Shown here piece after piece: positions 35,000 through 45,259 of a stretch of 64,000 bases of DNA (positions within the stretch are counted from its first letter, which is position 1; each line of letters starts with the position of its first letter). This stretch comes from a virus. Made by a program: the position numbers and the translations under genes. The stretch lies in IMG/VR virus record IMGVR_UViG_3300027712_000018; one strand, given 5' to 3'. The notes below the pieces were generated by a model. It was given only the letters and a program-made list of their open reading frames with translations, was not told the DNA's origin and did not search any database.

Positions 35000-35165
35000 T
35001 ATAAATAAGTTTGTGGGTGCGTGAAAAGTACGTCAAACAACGTAAGAGGCAAGTGTGCAGTATATCACAACAGGAAAAGCAGAGGTCGCATCAAGTATGC
35101 CATTGGGGTTATGCTCTGCCACGTATCAGACTTAGAAAGGTCGTCAGGAATGGCGGCCTTTTTTA
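35000..35165 (+). ncRNA. candidate late-expressed structured RNA on the plus strand
   Basis: TATAAATA at 35000-35007, no ORF in the track, GCAGAG/CTCTGC stem, ends in a terminator hairpin. Confidence 0.45.
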
Positions 35166-35363
35166 GTTTGATAGAGTCTCTTTGATTTCTGGATACTTGA
35201 CGCAGAAGAACTCAGGAGTGAATCCATTAAATCCACCCCCAAGGTTTAAGTGCCGTTGACGAGCACGAGCCTTGTCTTTATCCACAAACTCTTGTACCAC
35301 AAGTTCAGTACCCTTCTCGACGATCTGATACTTGGCATCTTGTTGTTTGATGTAGTATGACAT
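35163..35363 (-). CDS. T4-like hypothetical protein
   Basis: HLNLGGGFNGFTP.FF motif. Confidence 0.7.
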   Translation of the reverse strand: MSYYIKQQDAKYQIVEKGTELVVQEFVDKDKARARQRHLNLGGGFNGFTPEFFCVKYPEIKETLSN

Positions 35364-36794
35364 TTACTTAAATCCCTTAAAGCTTGGTTTCTTTTTGCTG
35401 ATGGTGAAGACTTCGCCTGTCTCTTGATCTATGCGTTCCACATCGTCGTAACCTTGGTTATCCATGATAGGTTTGTCTACGTGCTTACTGTCATTCATCA
35501 GTTCCTTCTGAGCAGACTCTTCTACGTTATACAAACGCATCTTTGATCTGTCAACCCCAACAACGAATCGCTTATACATGTTCAGATCACCCCAGCGATT
35601 CTTGAGCTGTTTGATCATGATCTGGCCTAGTTGTTCCAGTTCCTCAGTTGAGATAAGACCAAACATAAAGTCGGCGGTTGCTGGTAGACCAAACGATTCG
35701 GATGTATCTGTCAGATCCATGTCAGAGTTGCCATAACCCGAACGAGTCGTTTGAGTGGCGGATACGACAGGCACGTTGAACTCGACAGCCAATCCCCGCA
35801 GTTCTTCAGCGATAGACTTGATCATTGTATAGGAGTTGACGTTAGCGCCATGACGCAGTCTTGAGCTGGTGCAGATGTTCAGGTAGTCGATATAGATGAT
35901 ATCAGGTTTGAAGTTCTTTTTCAAACGAAGTTCGTTGAGCAAGTGCCGAAAGTGGTTGGCTCCCGCTGACGCTGTTGGATATTCTTTGATGATCAGTTTG
36001 CCGTTGGTCTTATCTTTGACACGGTCAATCTTCTTGATATAAACATCTTTTGGAATGTCACGAAGGTCGTCTAGTGTGATGTCAAGCAAGTTGGCATCAA
36101 TACGTTCTGCGATCTTCTCTTCAGCCATCTCTAGGGTGATGTATAGGACGTTAAGACCCGCCATCAGATTAGCAGAAGCGCAGTGACACATGAACAACGA
36201 CTTACCCACACCCGTGCCAGCCAGTGCAATGATCAATGCCTTTCTCGACACGCCACCTTTGGTGATCTTATTCAGTAGGTCAATGTCGAAGGCGATCTTG
36301 TCTTCCTTGGCATGGTAGAAGTCAAAGCGAGAGTCTGAGTTCTCAATGAAGTCGTGACCGATGTTGCTATCAAAAGAAACGCCTAGAGCGGTTGATAAAA
36401 GTTCAGGAATAGATCCCTTCTCTGCAGACTTGTGCTGACCATCAAGGATCAGGATAGACTCACGAACCGCATTGTAGATGGCCTTGTCTTGGCAGAACTT
36501 CTCAGTCTTGTCAACCAGCCACTGAGTGTCGGTTTTCTCATCATAGTATAGAGAGTTTACGAGCTTGCTAACATCACTGAATTGTTGTTGGTTAAGGTCG
36601 TCTCTCTCACTGATAGAAATGTTAAGGGCCTCCTTGGTAGGAAGCCCATTGTACAAGTTCACATAGTCCACGACCGACTTGTATACTACTTGTTCACTCT
36701 TGTCCTGAAAGTATTCAGGTTTAAGGAACGGTAGCGTCTTTCTAGTATAATCCTCGTTGGTGATAAGACCCGCTAGAATTGTTTGTTCAATCAT
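35364..36794 (-). CDS. 41: replicative helicase (T4 gp41)
   Basis: AGTGVGKS, ITLEMAEE, IDYLNI, SATQTTR. Confidence 0.95.
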   Translation of the reverse strand: MIEQTILAGLITNEDYTRKTLPFLKPEYFQDKSEQVVYKSVVDYVNLYNGLPTKEALNISISERDDLNQQQFSDVSKLVNSLYYDEKTDTQWLVDKTEKFCQDKAIYNAVRESILILDGQHKSAEKGSIPELLSTALGVSFDSNIGHDFIENSDSRFDFYHAKEDKIAFDIDLLNKITKGGVSRKALIIALAGTGVGKSLFMCHCASANLMAGLNVLYITLEMAEEKIAERIDANLLDITLDDLRDIPKDVYIKKIDRVKDKTNGKLIIKEYPTASAGANHFRHLLNELRLKKNFKPDIIYIDYLNICTSSRLRHGANVNSYTMIKSIAEELRGLAVEFNVPVVSATQTTRSGYGNSDMDLTDTSESFGLPATADFMFGLISTEELEQLGQIMIKQLKNRWGDLNMYKRFVVGVDRSKMRLYNVEESAQKELMNDSKHVDKPIMDNQGYDDVERIDQETGEVFTISKKKPSFKGFK

Positions 36795-37869
36795 CTAGTT
36801 CTTCCTCTAAATCGCTTACAATGGGGGCCGACTCTGCAAAGTGCGTCTTGGTCGCCATGGTGTAACGATCTTTGATGTGGGTTGCAAAATCAGTCTTAGT
36901 AAACATCATAGTCCAAAACGCAGGATTGTCAACGATTTCTTTTGCTCGTAGGAGTTTCTCCGACAAGACTTCACCCGTCTTAGGATCGACGGCTTCGTAC
37001 CAACCAACCTTGGGTTTACGTAGGTATCCACCTTCTTCTGCAACGTCCATAAGACCAGACCATCTGGAGATACCACCCTCGAAGGTAACAGTAATCGGAA
37101 TCTTAGACTTCTCACGAACGTAACGTGACTTCTCAATATTGATCACGAAGTGGTAACCCGAAACCTCGTTGCCATCTTTCTCTTGTTGGCGGCCAATAAT
37201 CCAAATAGCATCAGACGAATAGTATGCACCAGTACCACCCGATACGATGTCTTTAGGATACAGAGCGATTTCCTTGTAGGTATGGTTTACGACGATCATA
37301 GGAATATCTTTTAAATTCAAATGTGGCGTGATCATACGGAACAGAGACTTCATCTGCTTGGCACGTGACATATCCGCCACCGACTTCTCGTTCATGGCAT
37401 CGTCAACTTCTTTCTTCGAAGCCAAGTTACCGATAGAGTCAATGATGACACAGACCTTATCTTTCTTGTCGATACCGTCTAGTTGTTTCATGATATCAAA
37501 CTTCAGTTCTTCGACATCAGTGATAGGTGTGTGAATGACACGGGACATGTCGATACCAAACGATTCAAAGTATGCCTGAGGTGTGCCAAATTCTGAGTCA
37601 TAGAACAGGATGACGGCATCGTCATATTTCTTTAGGTATGCTGCAGCCAAGAGTAGAGCGAAGGCAGACTTGAAGTGTTTAGACGGTCCTGCCAACATCA
37701 ACATACCGGGAACTAGACCACCATCAACACGACCTGACAGGGCCACGTTGATCATTGGAACTTGAGTGTGAATCATTTCCTTCTTACCGTACACTTTGGA
37801 TTCGGTGATGATGGCGGTTTGTTTCACGGTGCTATTTTTCAACAGTTTTGAGATTAACGATTCGGACAT
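36787..37869 (-). CDS. uvsX: RecA-like recombinase UvsX
   Basis: AGPSKHFKS, YDSEFG, DSIGNLASKKE. Confidence 0.95.
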   Translation of the reverse strand: MSESLISKLLKNSTVKQTAIITESKVYGKKEMIHTQVPMINVALSGRVDGGLVPGMLMLAGPSKHFKSAFALLLAAAYLKKYDDAVILFYDSEFGTPQAYFESFGIDMSRVIHTPITDVEELKFDIMKQLDGIDKKDKVCVIIDSIGNLASKKEVDDAMNEKSVADMSRAKQMKSLFRMITPHLNLKDIPMIVVNHTYKEIALYPKDIVSGGTGAYYSSDAIWIIGRQQEKDGNEVSGYHFVINIEKSRYVREKSKIPITVTFEGGISRWSGLMDVAEEGGYLRKPKVGWYEAVDPKTGEVLSEKLLRAKEIVDNPAFWTMMFTKTDFATHIKDRYTMATKTHFAESAPIVSDLEEELDD

Positions 37870-37881
37870 TATTCTTTTCCT

Positions 37882-40398
37882 TTATACAAAAAAGTCTTCT
37901 AGTGTTGAGATGTATTCGACTTTCCACTTGATGGCGTCTGATACGATCTTTAGGGGGTCTTTGAACGTCTTGCTGAATTGCAAATCGTAGTCGATATACT
38001 CATGTAGACCCAATTCCTTTGGTAGGAAGTTGGGGAATGCAATGACGTTCTCAGAGATGGGATTGGGCATCTTGAGGTAACAGAACTTAACCTTGTTACC
38101 ATCTTGGATCAGTTCATACTGTTTGTCAAGTCCATTCTTCTTGATGAAGTGATTAAAGAGGATGGCACCACGAACGTGGATTGGTGTGCCTTTAAGGTAA
38201 GTACCACCCGCACCCGTCCATTTCTTGATGTCACTTACACCACGGGGAAACGATGCATCCTCAGGCTTGAGATTGACGAAGTCTTTATAGAAGTCTTCGA
38301 CGAACTTAATAAGATCCGACTCAGTACCACTCAGCATGATCTTGTAAGCCTGTTTGAACTTGTCACGCACGACTTGAGGTGTCGAAGACTTGACGGCTTC
38401 AATGCCCATGATCTTGATTTTGGGTTCAGCGTATTGAACACCTTCGTTGTTATGGACGTTTAGGATGTAACGCTTCTTTGCAGTCCAGATGGCTTTGTCA
38501 GCGATGGCTTCTCGTTTCATAACCATACGGTTTTCAAACGCATTCATCATGGTGAACAGTTTGGCATATGCGGCATCAATGATAGGTTCGATCTTGGTGG
38601 CACATGCCTTGTCAAGGAAGGCGACAGGATCTTTGGGATTGACCTCTTTGACCAAAGGCCCCATGTTAACATAGACGGAGTCAGTGTCCATGGCGACCAC
38701 ATAGTCTTTGTCAGTCTTGAGTATCTTATTTATGCTGTCGTTGACGGCCTTCTCTGCCCACCGAATGGCCAACTGACCCGACAACGTAACACCCTCTGAG
38801 ATACGTAGATCATAGTAACGGAAGTGTTCGTTACCCAACGCACCATACAAAGAGTTCAGAAGGATCTTGACCGCCTGTTGGGAGTTGTCGAGCTGGTTCA
38901 TCTGACGTTTGAGTTCAGGCGACTTGTTCAGTTCATACTCTTTCTTGAGTTTGAGTGCCTCGCCTTTGATCTTCTTACGGTCATTGTAATACATCACAAT
39001 GATTTCAGGAATCATCCCTTGTTTATCTTTGCGATACATTGACCCATTGGCCGCCACCGCTACATCACGGTCACGAGCGCTTTGGGGAATAGGGTCGTGT
39101 TTTGCCTCAAGGTAGTAGTCAACACCATGCGGGCCGAAGTCTCCTGAACCAGTTAGAAGAGTTTCGGGGCTCATGTTGTACTGAACGATTAGATTTGGAT
39201 ACAGAGAGTTCAAGTCAAAACTCACCACCCAATCGTGCATTCCGCAGATAGGATCTTTCACGTAACCGCCAGGATAGTCGCCACGTTCTTTGTGGGCTGA
39301 CTGAGGAATGATGATGTTTTTCTTGTTCAGATGGCGATAGATGATGCTATCCCAAATGGCGGTTGTTCCAAGTGTATCGCCGTAGTTCACACCACCTCTG
39401 TAGGCCATGATGATAGCGAGTTCGATCAATCGCATCTCTTGATCAATACGATCAACTAGATCAACGTCTCGAATGTTGTAGTCAATGAACTTTTGGTAAT
39501 CCTCTTTGTAGAGACCATTCAGAGTGCCGTGTTCTGCATAGGATAACTTGCGCTCACCCAAGACGGTGAAAGCAATATGGTTTAGAGCATAGGACTCTTG
39601 AGTGCCATAGGTATACGCAAACTTCTGGAACAAGTCATAGTAGTCTAACTGTGCAACCCCATAGATTTCATAGGCATCAAGCGATTTACCTTTGACACCA
39701 ACCTGACGGTATTGCACCACACGCCACGGTGACAGGCGCTTCATGTTCTCCTCACCCATGACCTTCTTGATACGGTTGGCCATGTATGGAATGTCGAACA
39801 GTCTTAGGTTCCAACCCGTGATGATGTCGGGGTAGTGATTCTCCCAATACGTTAGGAAGGCCTGCAACAGTTCAATCTCATCCGCACATTTGCGGTATTG
39901 GATCAGAGTGTCCTTGGGCAATACTTCGCACTTCTTGTAGTCGTAATCATTCAAACCCCAAACGTGATATACACCACTCTTGGAAGACTTGTAGGCGATG
40001 GAGATGACGGGGTGGTTGGCCTGATCAGGATGGGGGAAACCATCGTCTGATGCGACTTCAATGTCGATATTGCCGACAGCGATATGATTCATGTCGAACT
40101 TTACATCGTCGGGAAAACGTTTGGCAATGAACTGTGCTACGTAGTTGGTGTTACCATACACCTTGAAGTTCTTTACGTCATCATACATCTTGATGAAGTC
40201 TGACGCTTCACTCATGCTATCAAACTTCACGGCCTCGACAGGCGTGCCATCCAAGGCGTATGTTGATGTTTTGTTCGAACTACGAACGTGGAGTGTGGGT
40301 TCAAACTTGACTCGTTCGTGAACGTGTGTACCGTTGTCAGTGTATCCACGATACAAGATCTGATTGCCGTAACGGTGGCATGAAGTATAAAAACTCAT
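37882..40398 (-). CDS. 43: family B DNA polymerase (T4 gp43)
   Basis: DIEV exonuclease motif, SFDLNSLYP, KILLNSLYGA, DTDS. Confidence 0.96.
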   Translation of the reverse strand: MSFYTSCHRYGNQILYRGYTDNGTHVHERVKFEPTLHVRSSNKTSTYALDGTPVEAVKFDSMSEASDFIKMYDDVKNFKVYGNTNYVAQFIAKRFPDDVKFDMNHIAVGNIDIEVASDDGFPHPDQANHPVISIAYKSSKSGVYHVWGLNDYDYKKCEVLPKDTLIQYRKCADEIELLQAFLTYWENHYPDIITGWNLRLFDIPYMANRIKKVMGEENMKRLSPWRVVQYRQVGVKGKSLDAYEIYGVAQLDYYDLFQKFAYTYGTQESYALNHIAFTVLGERKLSYAEHGTLNGLYKEDYQKFIDYNIRDVDLVDRIDQEMRLIELAIIMAYRGGVNYGDTLGTTAIWDSIIYRHLNKKNIIIPQSAHKERGDYPGGYVKDPICGMHDWVVSFDLNSLYPNLIVQYNMSPETLLTGSGDFGPHGVDYYLEAKHDPIPQSARDRDVAVAANGSMYRKDKQGMIPEIIVMYYNDRKKIKGEALKLKKEYELNKSPELKRQMNQLDNSQQAVKILLNSLYGALGNEHFRYYDLRISEGVTLSGQLAIRWAEKAVNDSINKILKTDKDYVVAMDTDSVYVNMGPLVKEVNPKDPVAFLDKACATKIEPIIDAAYAKLFTMMNAFENRMVMKREAIADKAIWTAKKRYILNVHNNEGVQYAEPKIKIMGIEAVKSSTPQVVRDKFKQAYKIMLSGTESDLIKFVEDFYKDFVNLKPEDASFPRGVSDIKKWTGAGGTYLKGTPIHVRGAILFNHFIKKNGLDKQYELIQDGNKVKFCYLKMPNPISENVIAFPNFLPKELGLHEYIDYDLQFSKTFKDPLKIVSDAIKWKVEYISTLEDFFV

Positions 40399-40547
40399 AA
40401 AGTATCCTTGTGCATTAGACTTGGTTAAATGTAACACAAATGATGATCAATGTCAATAGAAAAGGGGGCCGAAGCCCCCAAGTCTATTTTACTTACCGCC
40501 TTTTTTCTTTTCATAAGGGGTTCGAAATACTGTGTGATCTGGATCTA

Positions 40548-40784
40548 TCATAGGTGATCTCTTGGATCTCTTTTTGAAACAAAACTATACATTTCGTTTG
40601 CTTTGTCGATCAGATCTTGAGCGGAATATGGGGTTAAAGCAGCCTGCATTTCTTCCGCAGTCTTTTTACCTTGCTCGAACATTGTTTGGACGAAATTGAC
40701 GTTCATGTGATACGCTTGGTCCATGTACTCTTTAGCCATGGCGAGAACTTCTGTGCGAAGTTCGAAGGGGTTCTTATTAGTCAT
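40548..40784 (-). CDS. hypothetical phage protein
   Basis: KNPFELR.EVL.MAK motif; AGGAG RBS. Confidence 0.7.
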   Translation of the reverse strand: MTNKNPFELRTEVLAMAKEYMDQAYHMNVNFVQTMFEQGKKTAEEMQAALTPYSAQDLIDKANEMYSFVSKRDPRDHL

Positions 40785-40869
40785 TGTACTTCTCCTGTGT
40801 TTGTTTGTGTGTATTTGGGAGACTAACCTTGGCCTCCCACGGGTCTATTACGTGACCACCCGATTCATA

Positions 40870-41313
40870 CTATTCTTTAAGCAATTGAGGTTCTATCACA
40901 TTCCCAATAAGGATCTTGCGTTCCTTCTTGGCTTCGGGAAGGATGTTCTCTAGGAATACGTGTAACATACCCGAATTTAAATCAGCACCTTTCACTTCAA
41001 CAGTATCCGCCAAGGTGAACACACGGCTGAAAGCCCGTGATGCGATTCCTTTATGGACATATTTTCTGTCTTCTTTTTTAGGTTGTCCCACAATAGTTAA
41101 AGTGCTCTCCTTAAACGAGATGTCCAACTCATCAGAACTAAATCCCGCCACGGCAAGTTCAATAACATATTTGTCTTCATCGGTTTTTACGATGTTATAT
41201 GGGGGATAAGTTGATTGCGTAGTCTCAAGACCTGAGACTAACTTTTCAAATAGACGATCAAATCCGACAGTGGATGGTGAAAGTGCGTTATAAGATAGAT
41301 GGCTAGTATTCAT
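40870..41313 (-). CDS. small heat-shock protein Hsp20 (IbpA-like)
   Basis: VGFDRLF, YPPYNI, IELAVAGF, HKGIASRAF. Confidence 0.93.
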   Translation of the reverse strand: MNTSHLSYNALSPSTVGFDRLFEKLVSGLETTQSTYPPYNIVKTDEDKYVIELAVAGFSSDELDISFKESTLTIVGQPKKEDRKYVHKGIASRAFSRVFTLADTVEVKGADLNSGMLHVFLENILPEAKKERKILIGNVIEPQLLKE

Positions 41314-41370
41314 TTGTTTCTCCTGTTAAGCGAGTTATAAATTACGAGTCCTCATATGAGCAACTCAAAA
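41311..41370 (-). promoter_or_regulatory. ROSE-like RNA thermometer in the hsp20 leader
   Basis: CTCGCT-TAAC-AGGAG hairpin over the SD, with a second hairpin upstream. Confidence 0.55.
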
Positions 41371-41400
41371 TTATTTATATCACACAAGGGAAAATGTCAA

Positions 41401-41793
41401 CTATTTTTTCTTGCCAATCGAATATTTTGCTACCAATTCCCACTCAGTTTTTTCCGAATGTGGAAGGACTTTGATCTGAGAGAGAGTCGCAATTGGGTCT
41501 TGAGTCTTCGACGTATCTATCACTCTAATCAAACCCCACTCTTCTAGTAGGTTGGCGATGGTATTACGGCGAGCTCTATCGTCTTCGCCAAAGTTATTGA
41601 TCTTGCCGTCTAGCATGAACAACTCTTTGAAATGGACAATATAATACTTGCCTTGTTTATGTAGGATATGGCAGGACTGATATAACTTCTTGTCCTTGCG
41701 AGATGCTATGCCAATACGTGTCAGAGTTTCTTTTACCTTTAAGAAGTTCTCTTCATTAGTCAATTCAATTTGAACTAAATCGTCTATTAACAT
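41401..41793 (-). CDS. regA: translational repressor RegA
   Basis: FLKVKETLTRIGIAS, QSCHILHKQG.YYIVHFKELF. Confidence 0.96.
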   Translation of the reverse strand: MLIDDLVQIELTNEENFLKVKETLTRIGIASRKDKKLYQSCHILHKQGKYYIVHFKELFMLDGKINNFGEDDRARRNTIANLLEEWGLIRVIDTSKTQDPIATLSQIKVLPHSEKTEWELVAKYSIGKKK

Positions 41794-41858
41794 GGCACAT
41801 ACCTTTTATTATTTCATATTACAATAGCCGCAGGGCTTTGAAATATTTATAATAAAAA

Positions 41859-42254
41859 CTACTTGGCAGGGCCACCAATGGTTGTGGTGGATCTGATCTG
41901 ATCCAATTGATCTTTAGTCAATAATGTAAGATATCCTTGTGCGACAGTTGGGCTGCAATTATACGTTTTCATGACCATGATCAAGTCGTCAGATTTTTTA
42001 TTTTTAACCCATTCAGAATATCGTTTACCTCGACGAATCGCATTAAGTAAGTATTCGTATTGAGGACGGTTGTCTATATCTGAGTTCATATTCATATCAT
42101 TAGCGTATAGAATAGTGTCAGGAAAATACGACAAGGCCAGATTGGTTAACCACGGACTATAGTCTTTCTCTGCAAAAGAGTCGTTCTCAGTGTCCCGCAT
42201 CATATTCTTCTTGCCATAATTGATGCTGTTCACATAATCAAATGGAGTCGTCAT
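41859..42254 (-). CDS. 62: clamp loader small subunit (gp62)
   Basis: PFDYVNSIN, LSYFPDTI..AN.MN; synteny with gp44 and regA. Confidence 0.88.
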   Translation of the reverse strand: MTTPFDYVNSINYGKKNMMRDTENDSFAEKDYSPWLTNLALSYFPDTILYANDMNMNSDIDNRPQYEYLLNAIRRGKRYSEWVKNKKSDDLIMVMKTYNCSPTVAQGYLTLLTKDQLDQIRSTTTIGGPAK

Positions 42255-42465
42255 AATCATATCCCATATTTTTCTTGTCCAACTCATCAGCACACTTTAG
42301 ACAAATGATCGCCTTGCCTAATTGATGTTTACCCTTTTCGGTATATGAATATTGTATCTCTGCGCCATCACCCACGATCTTAACACCGCAGATGAAGCAT
42401 GTCAACGTTTTCAGGTCTCCGCCTAGGATTTTCCTTACATATTCAGATAACCAACTCATTTCCAA
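42238..42465 (-). CDS. small zinc-finger protein
   Basis: CFIC...CLKC. Confidence 0.55.
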   Translation of the reverse strand: MEMSWLSEYVRKILGGDLKTLTCFICGVKIVGDGAEIQYSYTEKGKHQLGKAIICLKCADELDKKNMGYDYDDSI

Positions 42466-43400
42466 TCACACTCCGCCATAAGAGTTGCCAGTGCGGCAAC
42501 ACGGTTGATTTCGGCGTTGGCAACGAATGCTTCTTTGTATTGATACTCGGCCAATACGATAATAGCGCCCGCTACACTAGTCGTCGATTTGAGTTTTGTT
42601 GGCAGGACATCGTACAGATGGCGATATAGAAGACCCGAATCAATATCAGCATTCTCAGCCACCCACTTACGCATCTCAGTAAACTTCTTGTCTTTGAGGT
42701 AGGAGATAAGAGTGTTGATGTTCTCATCAGACAAGTTTGTTAGTACGCCAGCATCAATGCATCCAGTAGCAGAATAACGCTGTAACTCATTAAGGGCTCG
42801 ACGCCAGTCTGGGAAATGGACATTAATAAGTTCTGCAACGCTTGCTTTTTCATATTTGATGCCTTCACCATTAAGAATATCGCATATACGCTTATAGAAC
42901 TGTGCGGCAATCTTAGGCTTTTCAGTTTTGGGAATACCGAACTCAATGATAGAACAACGAGACTGAAGGGGTTCAATGATCTTGTTTTTAAAATTGCAAG
43001 TAAGAATGAAACCACAATTAGATGAATATTCCTCCATAAAATTCCGCAGCGCAGGCTGAACCGATTGTGCATTTAAATAATCTGCCTCATCAAGGATTAC
43101 ATACTTACGACCACCAGTAAACGATACTGTAGATGCAAAGTTATTGATTTCAACACGTAGAGTGTCGATCAAACGACCTTCATTAGATCCGTTGATCATC
43201 ATATAGTCAGCGCCAAGTTCGTTCAACATGGCCTTAGCGATGGTGGTCTTACCTACACCAGCACCACCCGATAACAGAAGGTTAGGTACATTCTTCTGAT
43301 CAACGAACTGTTGGAAAGTCTTCTTCAATTCAACAGGAAGGATCGTTTCCGCAATAGTCTTAGGACGGTATTTCTCTACCCACAAAAAATCTTCGTTCAT
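42456..43400 (-). CDS. 44: clamp loader AAA+ subunit (gp44)
   Basis: WVEKYRP, GAGVGKTT, ILDEAD, SRC. Confidence 0.95.
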   Translation of the reverse strand: MNEDFLWVEKYRPKTIAETILPVELKKTFQQFVDQKNVPNLLLSGGAGVGKTTIAKAMLNELGADYMMINGSNEGRLIDTLRVEINNFASTVSFTGGRKYVILDEADYLNAQSVQPALRNFMEEYSSNCGFILTCNFKNKIIEPLQSRCSIIEFGIPKTEKPKIAAQFYKRICDILNGEGIKYEKASVAELINVHFPDWRRALNELQRYSATGCIDAGVLTNLSDENINTLISYLKDKKFTEMRKWVAENADIDSGLLYRHLYDVLPTKLKSTTSVAGAIIVLAEYQYKEAFVANAEINRVAALATLMAECDWK

Positions 43401-43471
43401 ATTCTCACCCTTGGTTTCCATCATCACATCATATATGAAAAAGGCGGTCCTGTCAACCGCCTTTTCTAGTC

Positions 43472-43654
43472 TTAGCTAATTACTTCTGCTTCCGCAGGAG
43501 TCGCTTCAGTTGGTTCAAGTGACTGTAGATAAGCAGCCATCTTGTTACGAAGAGTGCCTACACCAGCAAGTTCCTCTCCTCGAAACGCACCACGTGCAGA
43601 ACACACGTCAATGATCTTGATCATATCACCGATATCGTTATTAGTTACTTCCAT
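43472..43654 (-). CDS. hypothetical phage protein
   Basis: IIDVCS.RGAFRGEEL motif; GGAGG RBS. Confidence 0.7.
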   Translation of the reverse strand: MEVTNNDIGDMIKIIDVCSARGAFRGEELAGVGTLRNKMAAYLQSLEPTEATPAEAEVIS

Positions 43655-43655
43655 A

Positions 43656-44315
43656 TTATCCTCCAAATTTACTATGTTTTTCAAGAGCGATCCAGTATTG
43701 GATCTTGTCAGATTTAAAATGAGCCATTCCCTTTGACGATAGAGTCACGTCATAGTTCTTTGGCATAAGCTTCAAGTTTTCAACCTTGATAATCATCTCA
43801 AAATGAGATTCTGATTCCCCAACAACAACATCAAAGGCATCTGCTGTAGGGTTTTTGCTGTCAATCGCAGCAAGACTTACGTTCTGACCATCACCCCGAA
43901 AGGCGATTTCAGATAGTTGAAGTACTGATGCTGCCCGAATAACCTTCTGAATGTCATCCCAATCAACCTTAACCTCGACATCAGGATTAGGAATAGGAAT
44001 GTCCTTATCGGGAGGCGAGATAATCATAGACTCAGCCGCATATGTATAGTTGACACGGGTGCGGTTTGATGAGATGGCAAACTTGTTTGCGTTGAACTCC
44101 ACCTCTGGACTATCAAACAGAGACAGAGTCGCCAAGAAACGAGATAGATCGTACACCGCCGCATTAGATGGAACAGTCTCATCAATGACTGCGGCCGACA
44201 TAACAGTTCTTAGAGGGGAGATGGTTCTCAGAATATTACCGGGTTTAAAGATTACGCTTGGGTTAATCCCCGAAAAGTTCTTGAGAACTGAAAGCGTATT
44301 TTCACTAAATTTCAT
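43656..44315 (-). CDS. 45: sliding clamp (gp45)
   Basis: LKNFSGIN, VYDLSRFL, ENLK, YWIALE. Confidence 0.93.
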   Translation of the reverse strand: MKFSENTLSVLKNFSGINPSVIFKPGNILRTISPLRTVMSAAVIDETVPSNAAVYDLSRFLATLSLFDSPEVEFNANKFAISSNRTRVNYTYAAESMIISPPDKDIPIPNPDVEVKVDWDDIQKVIRAASVLQLSEIAFRGDGQNVSLAAIDSKNPTADAFDVVVGESESHFEMIIKVENLKLMPKNYDVTLSSKGMAHFKSDKIQYWIALEKHSKFGG

Positions 44316-45259
44316 TATTTCATCCTTTTAAGTTTTTCAACCGCACGGCGTTGATTGCGGTTCATCGTAGATGCTGCAGTATCATTTACTGTATCACCTT
44401 CTTTGCCTTTTGTCAACCAACTTTTTTCATTCGATTCTGCCGATGCAGTAGGTGATGCTTGAATAGCAGCCATTGCTGCCAAACTACCACCGAACACATA
44501 TGATCCAACGTGTTCTAGTTGCATCCATGGACACATCCAAACTTTCAGTCCAGCTTTACGTGCATAGTAACTAAACATATAGTCTTCTGATAAGTAACGG
44601 CGGGTTTCGGGTTCAATGACGCAGTCAAAGAACGCTGTAATCTCACGTGTACCATCAAAGTGTTCTGTACGCACATGGTCGGGAAGATACTTGAGTTCAG
44701 GATAGGCGTCTGAGTACTTCAGTAGTGTCTCACGGTGGATCATCATGAAACCAGTACCGCCTTCACGAATCTCTACGGGTTCATCAATTCGGAATTCACT
44801 AACGTCACCAGCTGGGTTGAACACATAGTCACCAACGAAGTTCTGTAGGTTGAATGGGTTCTCTCTAGCGAAACCCTTCTCGACGGCCATCTTGATCTTT
44901 TCCCAAGAAATGGTTTTCTTTGGATATGGTCCTGTGACAACGTCCATACCCTTTGACGGCTCAGTAAGATGCATCAGAGTGAACACGTCTTTGTAATCAA
45001 AACCGATGTCTGAGTCAATGAACAACATATGACTGAAACCTGAACGAAGGAATTCGTCGGCGCAATAGTTACGAGCTCTAGTGATCAGCGATTCGTTGAA
45101 TAGATAGTAGAAACGAATTTCAATGCCATACTTGGTGCAAGCCATGGCTAGGTCGTTGGTTGACTTGGTATACATACCCGCACATTGTCCACCATACATT
45201 GGCGTAGCGACGAATAGTCTCTTACCTTTTAGGTCATCAACAGTAATATTAAGTTCCAT
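44315..45259 (-). CDS. GT-A fold glycosyltransferase-like protein
   Basis: ATPMYGG, ESLITRARN, FIDSD (DxD), GTGFM, LSEDY. Confidence 0.75.
   Translation of the reverse strand: MELNITVDDLKGKRLFVATPMYGGQCAGMYTKSTNDLAMACTKYGIEIRFYYLFNESLITRARNYCADEFLRSGFSHMLFIDSDIGFDYKDVFTLMHLTEPSKGMDVVTGPYPKKTISWEKIKMAVEKGFARENPFNLQNFVGDYVFNPAGDVSEFRIDEPVEIREGGTGFMMIHRETLLKYSDAYPELKYLPDHVRTEHFDGTREITAFFDCVIEPETRRYLSEDYMFSYYARKAGLKVWMCPWMQLEHVGSYVFGGSLAAMAAIQASPTASAESNEKSWLTKGKEGDTVNDTAASTMNRNQRRAVEKLKRMK

Noticed and set aside
17580-40437. Introns or inteins in nrdA, nrdB, gp41, uvsX or gp43
   Set aside because: The ORFs are continuous, of expected size and lack intein motifs.
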